A stretch of DNA of 41,358 bases from a virus: positions 1-41,358 of the IMG/VR virus record IMGVR_UViG_3300045988_043014. One strand, given 5' to 3'. The notes beneath the pieces were generated by a model. The model did no database searches. It was not told the origin of the DNA and saw only the letters and a list, made by a program, of their open reading frames with translations. Shown in pieces: positions 25,370-34,192 of the stretch. Made by a program: the position numbers and the translations under genes. Numbering within the stretch: the stretch's first letter is position 1; the number at the start of each line of letters is the position of its first letter.

Positions 25370-25603
25370 TTAAATACTCCAACCTCCTGTGTCATTTACA
25401 CTAACTCTGTTATTCATACCTGTGTCTCCACGCCTAATCTGTAATGCCTGAGAACCTCTTCGCTTCTGCTTCCAAGCATCCGTCCCACCATAGATAGGTG
25501 AGTTTGGTGCAGCTGCTTCAGTCGAAGGTGTCAATTCTCTAGCAGTAACAGACGGTGTAGGAATTTTAGGTGTCTTCCATAAACACACCTTATCACCTCT
25601 CAT
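25370..25603 (-). CDS. gp6.7-like virion protein (about 77 aa)
   Basis: From the ATG at 25603 (GAGGAG SD 4 nt upstream): MRGDKVCLWKTPKIPTP, compared with T7 gp6.7 MCFSPKIKTPK. Confidence 0.6.
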   Translation of the reverse strand: MRGDKVCLWKTPKIPTPSVTARELTPSTEAAAPNSPIYGGTDAWKQKRRGSQALQIRRGDTGMNNRVSVNDTGGWSI

Positions 25604-25778
25604 TCTGCTCCTCTGAAATTGCACGCAAATGATTGATAATATCTCTGACTCCCTTCATGTATCCAATCTGATACTCTGCCTGTTCTCCATCAAGAGCAGA
25701 CAGAAGAGAATCAAAGTTAAACAAATCATCAAGATATGTTACAATATCTTCATGAACATAAGGAATCTTGTCACTCAT
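25593..25778 (-). CDS. Hypothetical protein (61 aa), first gene after the tandem late promoters
   Basis: The ATG lies directly downstream of a promoter whose initiation region supplies the GGAGG SD. Confidence 0.6.
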   Translation of the reverse strand: MSDKIPYVHEDIVTYLDDLFNFDSLLSALDGEQAEYQIGYMKGVRDIINHLRAISEEQNER

Positions 25779-25784
25779 GTGTAC

Positions 25785-25810
25785 CCTCCTCTATTAGGTG
25801 TCTCAATTAG
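25785..25810 (-). promoter_or_regulatory. Phage-RNAP promoter (CTAATTGAGACACCTAATAGAGGAGG)
   Basis: Consensus member, immediately upstream of the virion-gene block. Confidence 0.8.
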
Positions 25811-25813
25811 TCT

Positions 25814-25835
25814 CTATAGGGGGTGTCTCAATTAG
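25814..25835 (-). promoter_or_regulatory. Phage-RNAP promoter variant (CTAATTGAGACACCCCCTATAG)
   Basis: In tandem with the previous promoter. Overlaps the TGA stop of the GNAT gene. Confidence 0.6.
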
Positions 25836-26415
25836 GGAAGATCCAAGCAAAACATGGATACATAAACGTACATTTGCCGTGTCTCTTATAGAGATTTTCA
25901 ATCATCTTTGGATTGTCAGTCATTGACGCTCCAGTTTCCATAATGGAGCATCCAAGACCCTTAGCTCTCTTCAGCATATAGTCCATTGCTACACGACCAA
26001 AGCCATGGAAAGCTGGGTCAAGACCAAGTACAAAGAGTTCTTCAAAACAGGTACGTCTAGTGTACCAAGGTGTGACAATGTCAAAGGCTAAGACACCTAC
26101 ATTGTGTCCTCTGGAATCCTTAAAGAGAATAAGATGCTTTGCTTCTGCAACCCAATAAAGACTATAGTAAATTGACCCAAAGTCAGCAAGGGTCTTGCCG
26201 GGTTTAGACTTCAAGTGTCTAATCTCACTGTAGACCTTAGACACAATATAATTGAATGTCCTCTCATCATTCTGGTCTACTTCGATGGCGACCAAAGAAT
26301 CGGCTTCCCATCCTTCCACTCTGTGTCTCTTAGAATGCGAGCGACCCTTGCTTGCTGCAATGCGTCTTCCTCTGTTAGACCTTTTCTTAGAAAAGTTTTC
26401 TTTACTGTCCCCCAT
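25828..26415 (-). CDS. GNAT-family N-acetyltransferase-like protein with basic N-terminal extension (195 aa)
   Basis: LGLDPAFHGFGRVAMDYMLKRAKGLGC fits the GNAT acetyl-CoA-binding beta4-alpha3 pattern. The ATG at 26415 has GAAGGAGGGAG 4-7 nt upstream. The first 46 codons overlap the exonuclease gene out of frame. Confidence 0.65.
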   Translation of the reverse strand: MGDSKENFSKKRSNRGRRIAASKGRSHSKRHRVEGWEADSLVAIEVDQNDERTFNYIVSKVYSEIRHLKSKPGKTLADFGSIYYSLYWVAEAKHLILFKDSRGHNVGVLAFDIVTPWYTRRTCFEELFVLGLDPAFHGFGRVAMDYMLKRAKGLGCSIMETGASMTDNPKMIENLYKRHGKCTFMYPCFAWIFPN

Positions 26416-27026
26416 GAGACTCCCTCCTTCTTAAAAATCTTTTCTGCTGTCTTTTCACCAATCCCCGGACAACCATCATAGTTATCGGCTTTGTCTCCAA
26501 TGAGTGTCTGTGTGTAGAACCATTTGTCTGCTTCTCTCTCAGAGATGTGATACAGCTCTCCTTTAAGGAAGTTATAAAAGATTCCGGGGATAGACCTAAA
26601 GTCTTTGTCCCCGGAGCAATGAACCTCCTGTCCTTTGAAGTGAGTAGCTGCAATACCAATCACATCATCTGCTTCCAAAGTAGGAATCATCTTTGTCGTG
26701 TAGTTCCTCTTAATCCACTCAAGGACTTCTGAGTAGCATACAGGCTTCCGTTTACCAATTCTGTTTGCTTTGTAGGTAGACAAGATCTTTTTCCTGAAGG
26801 TTACTTTAGGGTCGGAAATACACATGATAATTCTGTACTCACCTTCATAGTCGAGCTTGTCAAGAACAGTCGTTACAATTCCTTTGACACGATCATCAAT
26901 CTGTGTCTCCGCTTCCTTTGCGTCAGCATGAAGAGTCCACAGACCATCACCCCAATTTATCTCTCGCTCCACTGAAGAGCAAGACACAAAGCATAACATA
27001 TCGGCATCAATAAAGATGAAGAGCAT
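26277..27026 (-). CDS. 5'-3' exonuclease / flap endonuclease (T7 gp6 functional analogue, FEN family)
   Basis: Acidic N-terminal nuclease motifs (FIDADML, TLEADDVIG, SGDKDF) and the H3TH motif GCPGIGEKTAEKI. Confidence 0.88.
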   Translation of the reverse strand: MLFIFIDADMLCFVSCSSVEREINWGDGLWTLHADAKEAETQIDDRVKGIVTTVLDKLDYEGEYRIIMCISDPKVTFRKKILSTYKANRIGKRKPVCYSEVLEWIKRNYTTKMIPTLEADDVIGIAATHFKGQEVHCSGDKDFRSIPGIFYNFLKGELYHISEREADKWFYTQTLIGDKADNYDGCPGIGEKTAEKIFKKEGVSWGTVKKTFLRKGLTEEDALQQARVARILRDTEWKDGKPILWSPSK

Positions 27027-27027
27027 A

Positions 27028-27264
27028 TTATAAATAACCCTCCTTCTTCAGCAGCTTAAAGCCCTTTGCCGTAACGTACCAAGAGTTTGTAGCAGTACCA
27101 GAAAGCACAGAGGAAATGTGTCCACGAGAAGCAGCTTCCGCAATAATGAAAGCATTCTCTCTAGCAAAGTCACTCTGAAGTCTATACTGTTTCTGCATCA
27201 TCTTACACAGCACTTCAAGATATTTATTCAAATAGAATACTCCTTTCGTATTAGTGACAGTCAT
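27028..27264 (-). CDS. Hypothetical small protein (78 aa)
   Basis: ATG with AAAGGAAGGAA SD. 14-nt overlap with the end of the DNA polymerase gene. Confidence 0.55.
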   Translation of the reverse strand: MTVTNTKGVFYLNKYLEVLCKMMQKQYRLQSDFARENAFIIAEAASRGHISSVLSGTATNSWYVTAKGFKLLKKEGYL

Positions 27265-29122
27265 ACCAGTTCCTTCCTTTCATTCCATCTGTGTCTAGCT
27301 GCACTCTAAAATTAAAATGAGCTTGTGTGTCTCTCATAGCAGCCTGTGCTTCTGCAATAACAATATCTGCAATCTCAGGTGTTCTGCATGCGATCTGCTG
27401 TTCGTCATGCACCCAAGCCATAAGAGCAAAATCACCATCCCAACCATGCGTAAGTCCACGAGCTAATAACCTCTCTTCCGTTCTTACTATCCAATACTTA
27501 CAGACCAAAGCACCAGCCGACTGCAAGAGAAGGTTAAGGGCTGAATGAATAGACCTGACATGCAAGTGTCTTCCATCAAGACCCTTCAGATACTTTCGTC
27601 TCCACTTAATGATCTTCCCATGATACTCTTCTGCTATAAGACACTTCTTAATAGTATTTCGTAGAGAAGAAATAGCAGGAGTCCCAGCAAGAAATTTATT
27701 TTTGAGTCGTTTCCCATCAGTTGCGTCACCACCTACAATCTTGCCAATCTTAGCATCTCCTGCCCCATACAAGAAGGCGTAGATAAAGGTCTTTGCTCCG
27801 TCTCTTGTAGGAAGACCAGCTGCTTTTTGGTTCAGTGTGTGTATATCACCATGAACGACTTCATTGGCATACTTCCCAGCATCATAAGGGTATAGAAAAT
27901 GAGACAAGCACCTAAGCTCCAAAGAGCAAGCATCAATGCCAGCCTGTACCCAGCCCGAAGGCACTCCGAACAGACTACGACATTCTTTCCCATAAGGAGA
28001 ACTGTTATGAGGGACTTGAGTAACATTAGGCTGACTATGAGTAGCACGACCGCTAACAGTACCGTTTGGATTAACTCTTCCATGAATCTTGCCATCTCCC
28101 TTCACGCACTTCAACCACGCCTGTGTCCCATCTGCAAGCTGACCCAGACGCTTCGTAAGCATCAACTGTTCTTCAAACAAAGGAGCCAAAGTACGAATTG
28201 CTTCAGGAGCTTCTTCGTCTTTTGCCATAAAGTGAAAAGTTGTTTCATCTATCTTTAACCTCCCATCTTCCGCATACAATTCTTCGTTCTGTGGACTATA
28301 TCCATAATGCGTTCTAATTACCCATTCGATCTGCTGCCTAGACCCCGGATTAAATTCTTTGTATCTCTGAACAGGGACACCAGCCTTATAACCAAGTCTC
28401 TTGTTGTCTCTCTTAGGGATAAAGACTTTATCTGGAATAGGTGGAGCAAGGTCTTTGATTTTGGAAGACACAATAGCTGCTCTGTCTCTAAGGGTCTTTT
28501 CAAGCTCCTTTGCTCCCTTAATGTCAAATGGGAAACCATTTTGCTCCTGCTTTGTCATTAACCACTGAGCCTTATGTTCAAGGTCAATAGCAGCTTCTGG
28601 ATAATGTTTAGCCAGCTCTTTCTCATAAAGGGCTTCAGTAACGACAACATCCTGCTTATTGTATTTCAGCATATCTTCGTTAAACATTTCCCACGCATCT
28701 TCTGTGTCTTCCGCATATGTGCCTTTATAGACACCAAGGCGATACCCATAAGCCTTTAAGGTGTGCGACCCAATTAAAGAGCCGGGCATCTCCTTACGTC
28801 TAAAAGCACCATAGTCCGACTCAGAGATGTTTGAAAAGACCAGCCTTGCCAGAACTAATGTGTCTACAACAAACTTTCTCTTGTCTCTCGGAATCTCAAA
28901 CCATGGATAGATCTTATGGATAGCTGGAATATCGAAGTTAATGATATTGTGTCCACAAATTCCTTCTCCGTTATTCACAGCTTCCCACAGTCTCTTAACA
29001 CCAGCTTCAACCTCTTCAGGTCTATAGCCAGTAACATTATGGTGTCCATCAGATATGCTTAGGCAGTGAATCTTAGTCATCGTGTCTAACAGACCATCAG
29101 TTTCAATATCAAAGATAAGCAT
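27251..29122 (-). CDS. DNA polymerase, family A with 3'-5' exonuclease domain (T7 gp5-like, 623 aa)
   Basis: Exo I motif FDIETDGL, motif B RDGAKTFIYAFLYGAG, motif C WVHDEQQ. Confidence 0.96.
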   Translation of the reverse strand: MLIFDIETDGLLDTMTKIHCLSISDGHHNVTGYRPEEVEAGVKRLWEAVNNGEGICGHNIINFDIPAIHKIYPWFEIPRDKRKFVVDTLVLARLVFSNISESDYGAFRRKEMPGSLIGSHTLKAYGYRLGVYKGTYAEDTEDAWEMFNEDMLKYNKQDVVVTEALYEKELAKHYPEAAIDLEHKAQWLMTKQEQNGFPFDIKGAKELEKTLRDRAAIVSSKIKDLAPPIPDKVFIPKRDNKRLGYKAGVPVQRYKEFNPGSRQQIEWVIRTHYGYSPQNEELYAEDGRLKIDETTFHFMAKDEEAPEAIRTLAPLFEEQLMLTKRLGQLADGTQAWLKCVKGDGKIHGRVNPNGTVSGRATHSQPNVTQVPHNSSPYGKECRSLFGVPSGWVQAGIDACSLELRCLSHFLYPYDAGKYANEVVHGDIHTLNQKAAGLPTRDGAKTFIYAFLYGAGDAKIGKIVGGDATDGKRLKNKFLAGTPAISSLRNTIKKCLIAEEYHGKIIKWRRKYLKGLDGRHLHVRSIHSALNLLLQSAGALVCKYWIVRTEERLLARGLTHGWDGDFALMAWVHDEQQIACRTPEIADIVIAEAQAAMRDTQAHFNFRVQLDTDGMKGRNWYDCH

Positions 29123-29149
29123 ATCTAATTTCCTCCTTCTATGCTTTAC

Positions 29150-31033
29150 TTACATGCCACAAGCACTATACCCACAACCAACACAATAACCGCAATGTCC
29201 TTCAACCTTAAAGAGTTTTTCATGACACTCTGGGCATTCTCTATAATCAGCATCTCCGCTGCAAGTTGGCTTCTTTGGTGCTGGCTCTGCTTTCTTTGGT
29301 TCAACCTTTTCTTTCTTCTCTTCAACTCCAAGGATATTACCTCTACGGCATCCATCACGGAATACCGTAATACCTTTACATCCACTTCTCCAAGCTGCAA
29401 CATAGATATTAAATACATCATCAACAGTTGCATCATGCGGAAGGTTGACAGTAGAGCTAATAGCATTGTCAACATACTTCTGCATAGTGGACTGGATAAT
29501 GACACGGCTCGCCCACGGAATGTCATGTGCTTCTACGACCCATGGGAACATCTCTTTGATTTCCTCTACACTCATATCCAGAGAAAGACCATTGTAGTTC
29601 AAAAGGTCTTCAATAGATCTTGCATAGACACGGAAGCTGTCTCCAGTCTTCTCCATCTTATGTGTAGAGCGATCATAGAAGAGCTTAAAGATAGGTTCAC
29701 AACCACCTGTAAAGTTCCCCATGAAGAGACTCATCGTCCCTGTAGGTGCAATAGACAGAAGAGAAGCATTAGCCATCCCATGTTTCATTACACTATCCAG
29801 TTCCTCAGTGGTCATCAGGTCTTTATCAACAGTCGGAAGGATACCTTTGAAGAACTTACCGTAAGACCCAAATCTGATAGCTTCACCAACAGAAGCTCTC
29901 ACTGCCATATCATGCATGGTCTTTAAGAGTGTGTCTACAAAATGAATGGACTCTTCAGAACCATAGCGGATACGAAGAGCTACAAATGCATCTGCAAGAC
30001 CAAACAGACCAAGACCAATCTGTCTCCAGTCATCAATACATTTCTTGTTTTCTGGAAGTGGCTGCTTATCGTAACCATAAGAGAGAACATCGTTCAGTGC
30101 CATTACAGCTTTGACTACAGTTTCGCAGAATGCTTTGTAGTCAAAGAACGCATCAGTGCGGAACTTATTTCTAACAAAGCTATAGACATTGATAGACCCC
30201 AGATTACACGAGCTATAGTCAGCACCAAGAAATTCACTGCATGGATTGGAAGTGGAAATATGATAGCTAGGACGGTTAGGATTAAAGTTATGCTGCTGAA
30301 TACGATCATTAAACAGAACCCCAGGATCTCCCATATCCCAAGCAACCTCACAAAAATGTGTGAAGAACTTTCTAGCATCAATCCATTTCTCAATGTTCTC
30401 ACCTGTGTCTTTACACTCAAAGTGAAGTCTGAACTTCTTATTATTCAGAACAGCTTCCATAAATTCATCAGTGAAAAGTACCGAGATATTCATAGCTGTC
30501 AGCTTTTCGCCAGATGCTTTCATATCCAGAAGAGCTTCCACATCAGGATGGTCGCAGTTCAGAACGACCATTTCTGCTGCTCTTCGCCCTCTCGCACCAA
30601 TGATGTTACCAGTGGTGTTGTACAGTTCCAAGAAGGAAATTGCACCAGTAGAGGTTTCGGCTGCATTGCGGACTCTAGCTCCCTTTGGTCTAAGATTGGA
30701 GATGTTTACACCAGCTCCACCCCCACGAGAAAAGACACGAGCCATCTGTGCATTGGACTTATAGATAGACTCAATGTCATCTTCTGGCATCGGCATAATG
30801 TAGCAGTTAGAAGAAGAAGCCTTAACTTCTGGTCTTCCTGCCATGTAGAGAGTTCGTCCTCCGAAACAGAATCTTCCTGCTTCCAGACTCTCTTTAACAA
30901 AGTCGTGAAGTTCTGGTCTTACAATAGATGCTACTCTTTCACAAAATTCTTCTGGAGTCTCTTCAGAGTTCTTCGCATACTTTGCTTTGAAGATACCCAT
31001 AGATACTTCACGATCTTCCCAATCTACTTTCAT
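29150..31033 (-). CDS. nrdJ: Ribonucleotide reductase, class II-like (adenosylcobalamin-type NrdJ), 627 aa
   Basis: Catalytic TSNPCSEF...SSCNLGSINV signature. Cys-rich C-terminal tail CPECHEKLFKVEGHCGYCVGCGYSACGM. No separate beta-subunit gene is present. Confidence 0.85.
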   Translation of the reverse strand: MKVDWEDREVSMGIFKAKYAKNSEETPEEFCERVASIVRPELHDFVKESLEAGRFCFGGRTLYMAGRPEVKASSSNCYIMPMPEDDIESIYKSNAQMARVFSRGGGAGVNISNLRPKGARVRNAAETSTGAISFLELYNTTGNIIGARGRRAAEMVVLNCDHPDVEALLDMKASGEKLTAMNISVLFTDEFMEAVLNNKKFRLHFECKDTGENIEKWIDARKFFTHFCEVAWDMGDPGVLFNDRIQQHNFNPNRPSYHISTSNPCSEFLGADYSSCNLGSINVYSFVRNKFRTDAFFDYKAFCETVVKAVMALNDVLSYGYDKQPLPENKKCIDDWRQIGLGLFGLADAFVALRIRYGSEESIHFVDTLLKTMHDMAVRASVGEAIRFGSYGKFFKGILPTVDKDLMTTEELDSVMKHGMANASLLSIAPTGTMSLFMGNFTGGCEPIFKLFYDRSTHKMEKTGDSFRVYARSIEDLLNYNGLSLDMSVEEIKEMFPWVVEAHDIPWASRVIIQSTMQKYVDNAISSTVNLPHDATVDDVFNIYVAAWRSGCKGITVFRDGCRRGNILGVEEKKEKVEPKKAEPAPKKPTCSGDADYRECPECHEKLFKVEGHCGYCVGCGYSACGM

Positions 31034-31048
31034 AATTCCTCCTAGTTA

Positions 31049-32695
31049 TTAAAAAGGACAATCAGTGTCATCCTCATTATCTTCATCATCATCCTCAAAA
31101 TCAGTCAGCCTGTCTACAGCAGTCAATCTGTCTGTGTCTCTATCATAGAATAGATAACCAGCAATCCCTGTCTCACCTGTCCATCTATTCTTCAAGACAC
31201 GGACTCTCACAAGGTTCTTCTTGCGACCATCTGCTTGCTGATTTCTCTCCAGACCAATAACTGTGTCTGCAAGCTGTGCTATAGCTCCTGAACCACGAAG
31301 CTGGGACAAAGAAGTAGACCCACCTTCTTCATGTGACTGCTGGTCAGGAACACGCCGAAGGTGTGAAATGACTATAAGACCTACTCCAGTCTCCTCGACA
31401 AGAGATCTCATAGTTGTCATAAGCACATCTATCAGCTTTCGTTCGTTGTCTCCTTCGATGCCAGAGACAGCGATAGATACATGATCTAGTACAATAAAGT
31501 CACATTTTTCACCTACAGCCATGTACCTAATTTTGTCCATCAGATTGTCACCTTCAAGCGACCCAAAGTGTTCATAAAGGACATAGTTGCCTGTCCCCAT
31601 GGTCTTATCAAAAGCTGCTCTGAACTCTTCATCAGATAGACCCTGCCTATTGATGTAAAGTCTTTCGCCAGCTGCGATAGACATAAGACCTTTGACTGTC
31701 CTCTTCACGTTCTCTTCAAGCATCAGCATGCCTACTTTAAGATGCTTGTTGACACCCATATCGTAGGCAATCTCTCTTACAAAAGTTGTCTTCCCAACGC
31801 CAGTGCCAGCGGTCAAGACTGTCAGCTCTCCTTTGCGAATACCCATAGTCATCTTATTTAGATCAATATCCCATGGATACGGATAGCCTTTGTCGTTGTC
31901 ATCTTCTTTGGATACTTCATCCCATGTGTCTTTACCATTGATGATACCATCGGGCATGTATGGTTTCGCAGTCCAGATAGCCTTTATGACTTCCTGTCCT
32001 TTGCCATTAAGCAAACATTCATTCGGGTCTTTGAGAGGAAGATTAGCAATGTAGAGTTTGTTAGGTTTCAGAAGCCCCTCAATGCTCTTCACTGCCTGTC
32101 TCCCTGCTTCGTCCATGTCAAACATTACAATGACCTGTTCAAAAGAGTTCAGCCAATCCATGTTTGCCTTAAAGACCTTTTTAGCAGAACCAACGCCTAG
32201 CGGGATAGACACAACAGGGTATTTGTTACCCTGAAGCTGAGACACAGTTAAACAATCAATCTCACCTTCTGTGATGACCAGTTTCTTACCGCCACCACCA
32301 GCCCACTTTTGCTGTCCATAGAATCTTGTAGAGATATCACCTCTTGTCTTAAAGATCTTGTTAGCGAATCTCAACTTCTGTCCAATGATCTTTCCGTTGT
32401 CATCAAAGTAGTTCGCTACCTGACACCCGCCACCATCCATTCTGGCTTTGTAATATGAGTAAGCCTGACATGTTGCTTCCGTAATCCCTCTTGCTCTCAG
32501 TGAGTCCAGTTTCATATTGTCGATAGGAATGATCTTTTTGTTATGACCCACTCCTCTGCCATCTTCTCCACTATGATAGGTCTTGCATGAGAAGCAATAT
32601 GTATGACCATCGCTATACTCACAGAGAGCATCGTGAGAACCGCAATCGGGACACGGCAGATGCACTCTAATTGCGGTACTCTCTTGCTCTTCCAT
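31049..32695 (-). CDS. Primase-helicase (T7 gp4-like, 548 aa)
   Basis: Cys4 zinc finger CPDCGSHDALCEYSDGHTYCFSC, TOPRIM motif EGEIDCLT, Walker A GTGVGKTT, acidic C-terminus ending in Phe (DDTDCPF). Confidence 0.96.
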   Translation of the reverse strand: MEEQESTAIRVHLPCPDCGSHDALCEYSDGHTYCFSCKTYHSGEDGRGVGHNKKIIPIDNMKLDSLRARGITEATCQAYSYYKARMDGGGCQVANYFDDNGKIIGQKLRFANKIFKTRGDISTRFYGQQKWAGGGGKKLVITEGEIDCLTVSQLQGNKYPVVSIPLGVGSAKKVFKANMDWLNSFEQVIVMFDMDEAGRQAVKSIEGLLKPNKLYIANLPLKDPNECLLNGKGQEVIKAIWTAKPYMPDGIINGKDTWDEVSKEDDNDKGYPYPWDIDLNKMTMGIRKGELTVLTAGTGVGKTTFVREIAYDMGVNKHLKVGMLMLEENVKRTVKGLMSIAAGERLYINRQGLSDEEFRAAFDKTMGTGNYVLYEHFGSLEGDNLMDKIRYMAVGEKCDFIVLDHVSIAVSGIEGDNERKLIDVLMTTMRSLVEETGVGLIVISHLRRVPDQQSHEEGGSTSLSQLRGSGAIAQLADTVIGLERNQQADGRKKNLVRVRVLKNRWTGETGIAGYLFYDRDTDRLTAVDRLTDFEDDDEDNEDDTDCPF

Positions 32696-32699
32696 TTAC

Positions 32700-33062
32700 T
32701 CAATCCTCCAGATCTCCCGCATTGTTAATTTCATAAACTCTTGCATGCGGATACTTAGAAGAAATCTCTTTGACAGCCTTCTTGACTGCCGAAGACACTT
32801 CACTGTCTCTTGCTGTGTCTATAAGAATAGCTACAGCCTTATCTTCATGATCGAACCACCAACCAGAATATGCATATTCGACACGATCAGCTTCAATCTT
32901 ACCATTAGATCTAATGATAAAATGGAAACCTGTGTCAAGACCTCCTCTCTTCATGCTTTTCTTTCTAAGAGCTTCAAGTCCTACGCCATGCAGATCTTTC
33001 TTTACGATATAGATATAGTCAGTGGCATCCCTCTTTCTAAATTTCAAATTCACAAAAGCCAA
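32700..33062 (-). CDS. gp3.5 (T7 lysozyme/amidase_2)-like protein lacking the catalytic and zinc-ligand residues (120 aa); probable RNAP-regulatory protein
   Basis: MAFVNLKFRKRDATDYIYI...GLDTGFHFIIRSNGKIEADR aligns with T7 gp3.5 MARVQFKQRESTDAIFVHCSAT...WLDVGYHFIIKRDGTVEAGR. His17, Tyr46 and the C-terminal His/Lys/Cys block are substituted or absent. TTG start. A promoter lies directly upstream. Confidence 0.7.
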   Translation of the reverse strand: MAFVNLKFRKRDATDYIYIVKKDLHGVGLEALRKKSMKRGGLDTGFHFIIRSNGKIEADRVEYAYSGWWFDHEDKAVAILIDTARDSEVSSAVKKAVKEISSKYPHARVYEINNAGDLED

Positions 33063-33081
33063 TCCTTTTTCACTTCCTTCC

Positions 33082-33104
33082 CCCCTATTAGGTGTCTCAA
33101 TTAG
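33082..33104 (-). promoter_or_regulatory. Phage-RNAP promoter (CTAATTGAGACACCTAATAGGGG), consensus copy
   Basis: Perfect consensus, located between the endonuclease I and gp3.5-like genes. Confidence 0.85.
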
Positions 33105-33120
33105 CTAGACACATCGAGCA

Positions 33121-33573
33121 TTACTTCTTCATTTTCTTAATCAAGCCAGTGATGGCTCTCTTTCGTTCTCTTAGCCATTTGTCTGGAATCCATTTATCAG
33201 CAAACTTGAAACCGTATTTGTCACACCAGTCAGCATACGTTGTCTTAGACCCCTTATAAATGTGGGTCTTAGAAGACGAAAAGACAAATCTAATATCCAG
33301 TTTAGGATACTGCTTTTTGATGAGCAGATGTTTCTTTCTGTCATCAACATCAAAGACACCTTTTGTCTCTACAATAATACCGTTTGGTAAAACAAAATCA
33401 GGAGTGTAATGATGTGAAGTAGCTGGAATCTCATATGGAATCTGATACTCCTCATACTTCGCATCAATATCTGCATCCCTAAGTTGTGCTGCTACTTTGT
33501 CTTCCAGACCAGATCTGTAGTGCGCATCTGCATGCTTAGACCAACCACCTCTCCTGCTGAAAAACCTCTTCAT
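33121..33573 (-). CDS. Endonuclease I, Holliday-junction resolvase (T7 gp3-like, 150 aa)
   Basis: SGLEDKVAAQL...YTPDFVLPNGIIVETKG...DDRKKHLLIKKQYPKLDIRFVFSSS...KFADKWIP is near-collinear with T7 gp3. Confidence 0.95.
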   Translation of the reverse strand: MKRFFSRRGGWSKHADAHYRSGLEDKVAAQLRDADIDAKYEEYQIPYEIPATSHHYTPDFVLPNGIIVETKGVFDVDDRKKHLLIKKQYPKLDIRFVFSSSKTHIYKGSKTTYADWCDKYGFKFADKWIPDKWLRERKRAITGLIKKMKK

Positions 33574-33575
33574 AC

Positions 33576-34190
33576 TTAGAACTCTCCATCGTCTTCGTCA
33601 GTTTCTTCTGCGAACGGAGAATCGTCCTCTTCCTTCCCTTCAGGTGCGGAGAAGCCTTCTTCTTCACCAAAGCCGAAGCCCTTTGCATCCTTCTGTCCGT
33701 ATTCCTTCAGGTCAATAATCTGGACTGCATCAAGACGGAGTTTGATACCATTGACCACCTTAGAAATCCAGTACGGTACAAGAGTGTATGCGACCTTAGC
33801 AATAGTTCCGTTACCGATAGACAGTGGTTCTTTGATCGGCTTACCATGTGCATCAAAGACTGGAATAGTGACTTTATGAGTCTCACCAGACTTCGTAGTG
33901 TAATGAGAGTTTGCTTTGAACTTAAAGACAATATCTCCATCTTTGTCTTCCTTGTAGCCGAGGAACGGTTCAGCAGACCACTTCTGCCCCGGTTTCAGTT
34001 TGATAGAATGTTTAGCATTCTGAAGCTCTTCATCAATCACTGCGATCAGTGCATCCGTTTCTTTCTGATCGAATTTGATGTTGACCGTATAGCCTACGTC
34101 TTTGCCTTCATACTGTTCAGGTTCATAGATATGAGGGAACAGAAGACTTCCCTTCGGGGTAACACCAGTTGTAAATTCATGCTTTGCCAT
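33576..34190 (-). CDS. Single-stranded DNA-binding protein (T7 gp2.5-like, 204 aa)
   Basis: YTLVPYWI compares with gp2.5 YSLVPYKW. Acidic C-terminal tail ends in Phe (ETDEDDGEF). Syntenic with gp2.5. Confidence 0.9.
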   Translation of the reverse strand: MAKHEFTTGVTPKGSLLFPHIYEPEQYEGKDVGYTVNIKFDQKETDALIAVIDEELQNAKHSIKLKPGQKWSAEPFLGYKEDKDGDIVFKFKANSHYTTKSGETHKVTIPVFDAHGKPIKEPLSIGNGTIAKVAYTLVPYWISKVVNGIKLRLDAVQIIDLKEYGQKDAKGFGFGEEEGFSAPEGKEEDDSPFAEETDEDDGEF

Positions 34191-34192
34191 AA

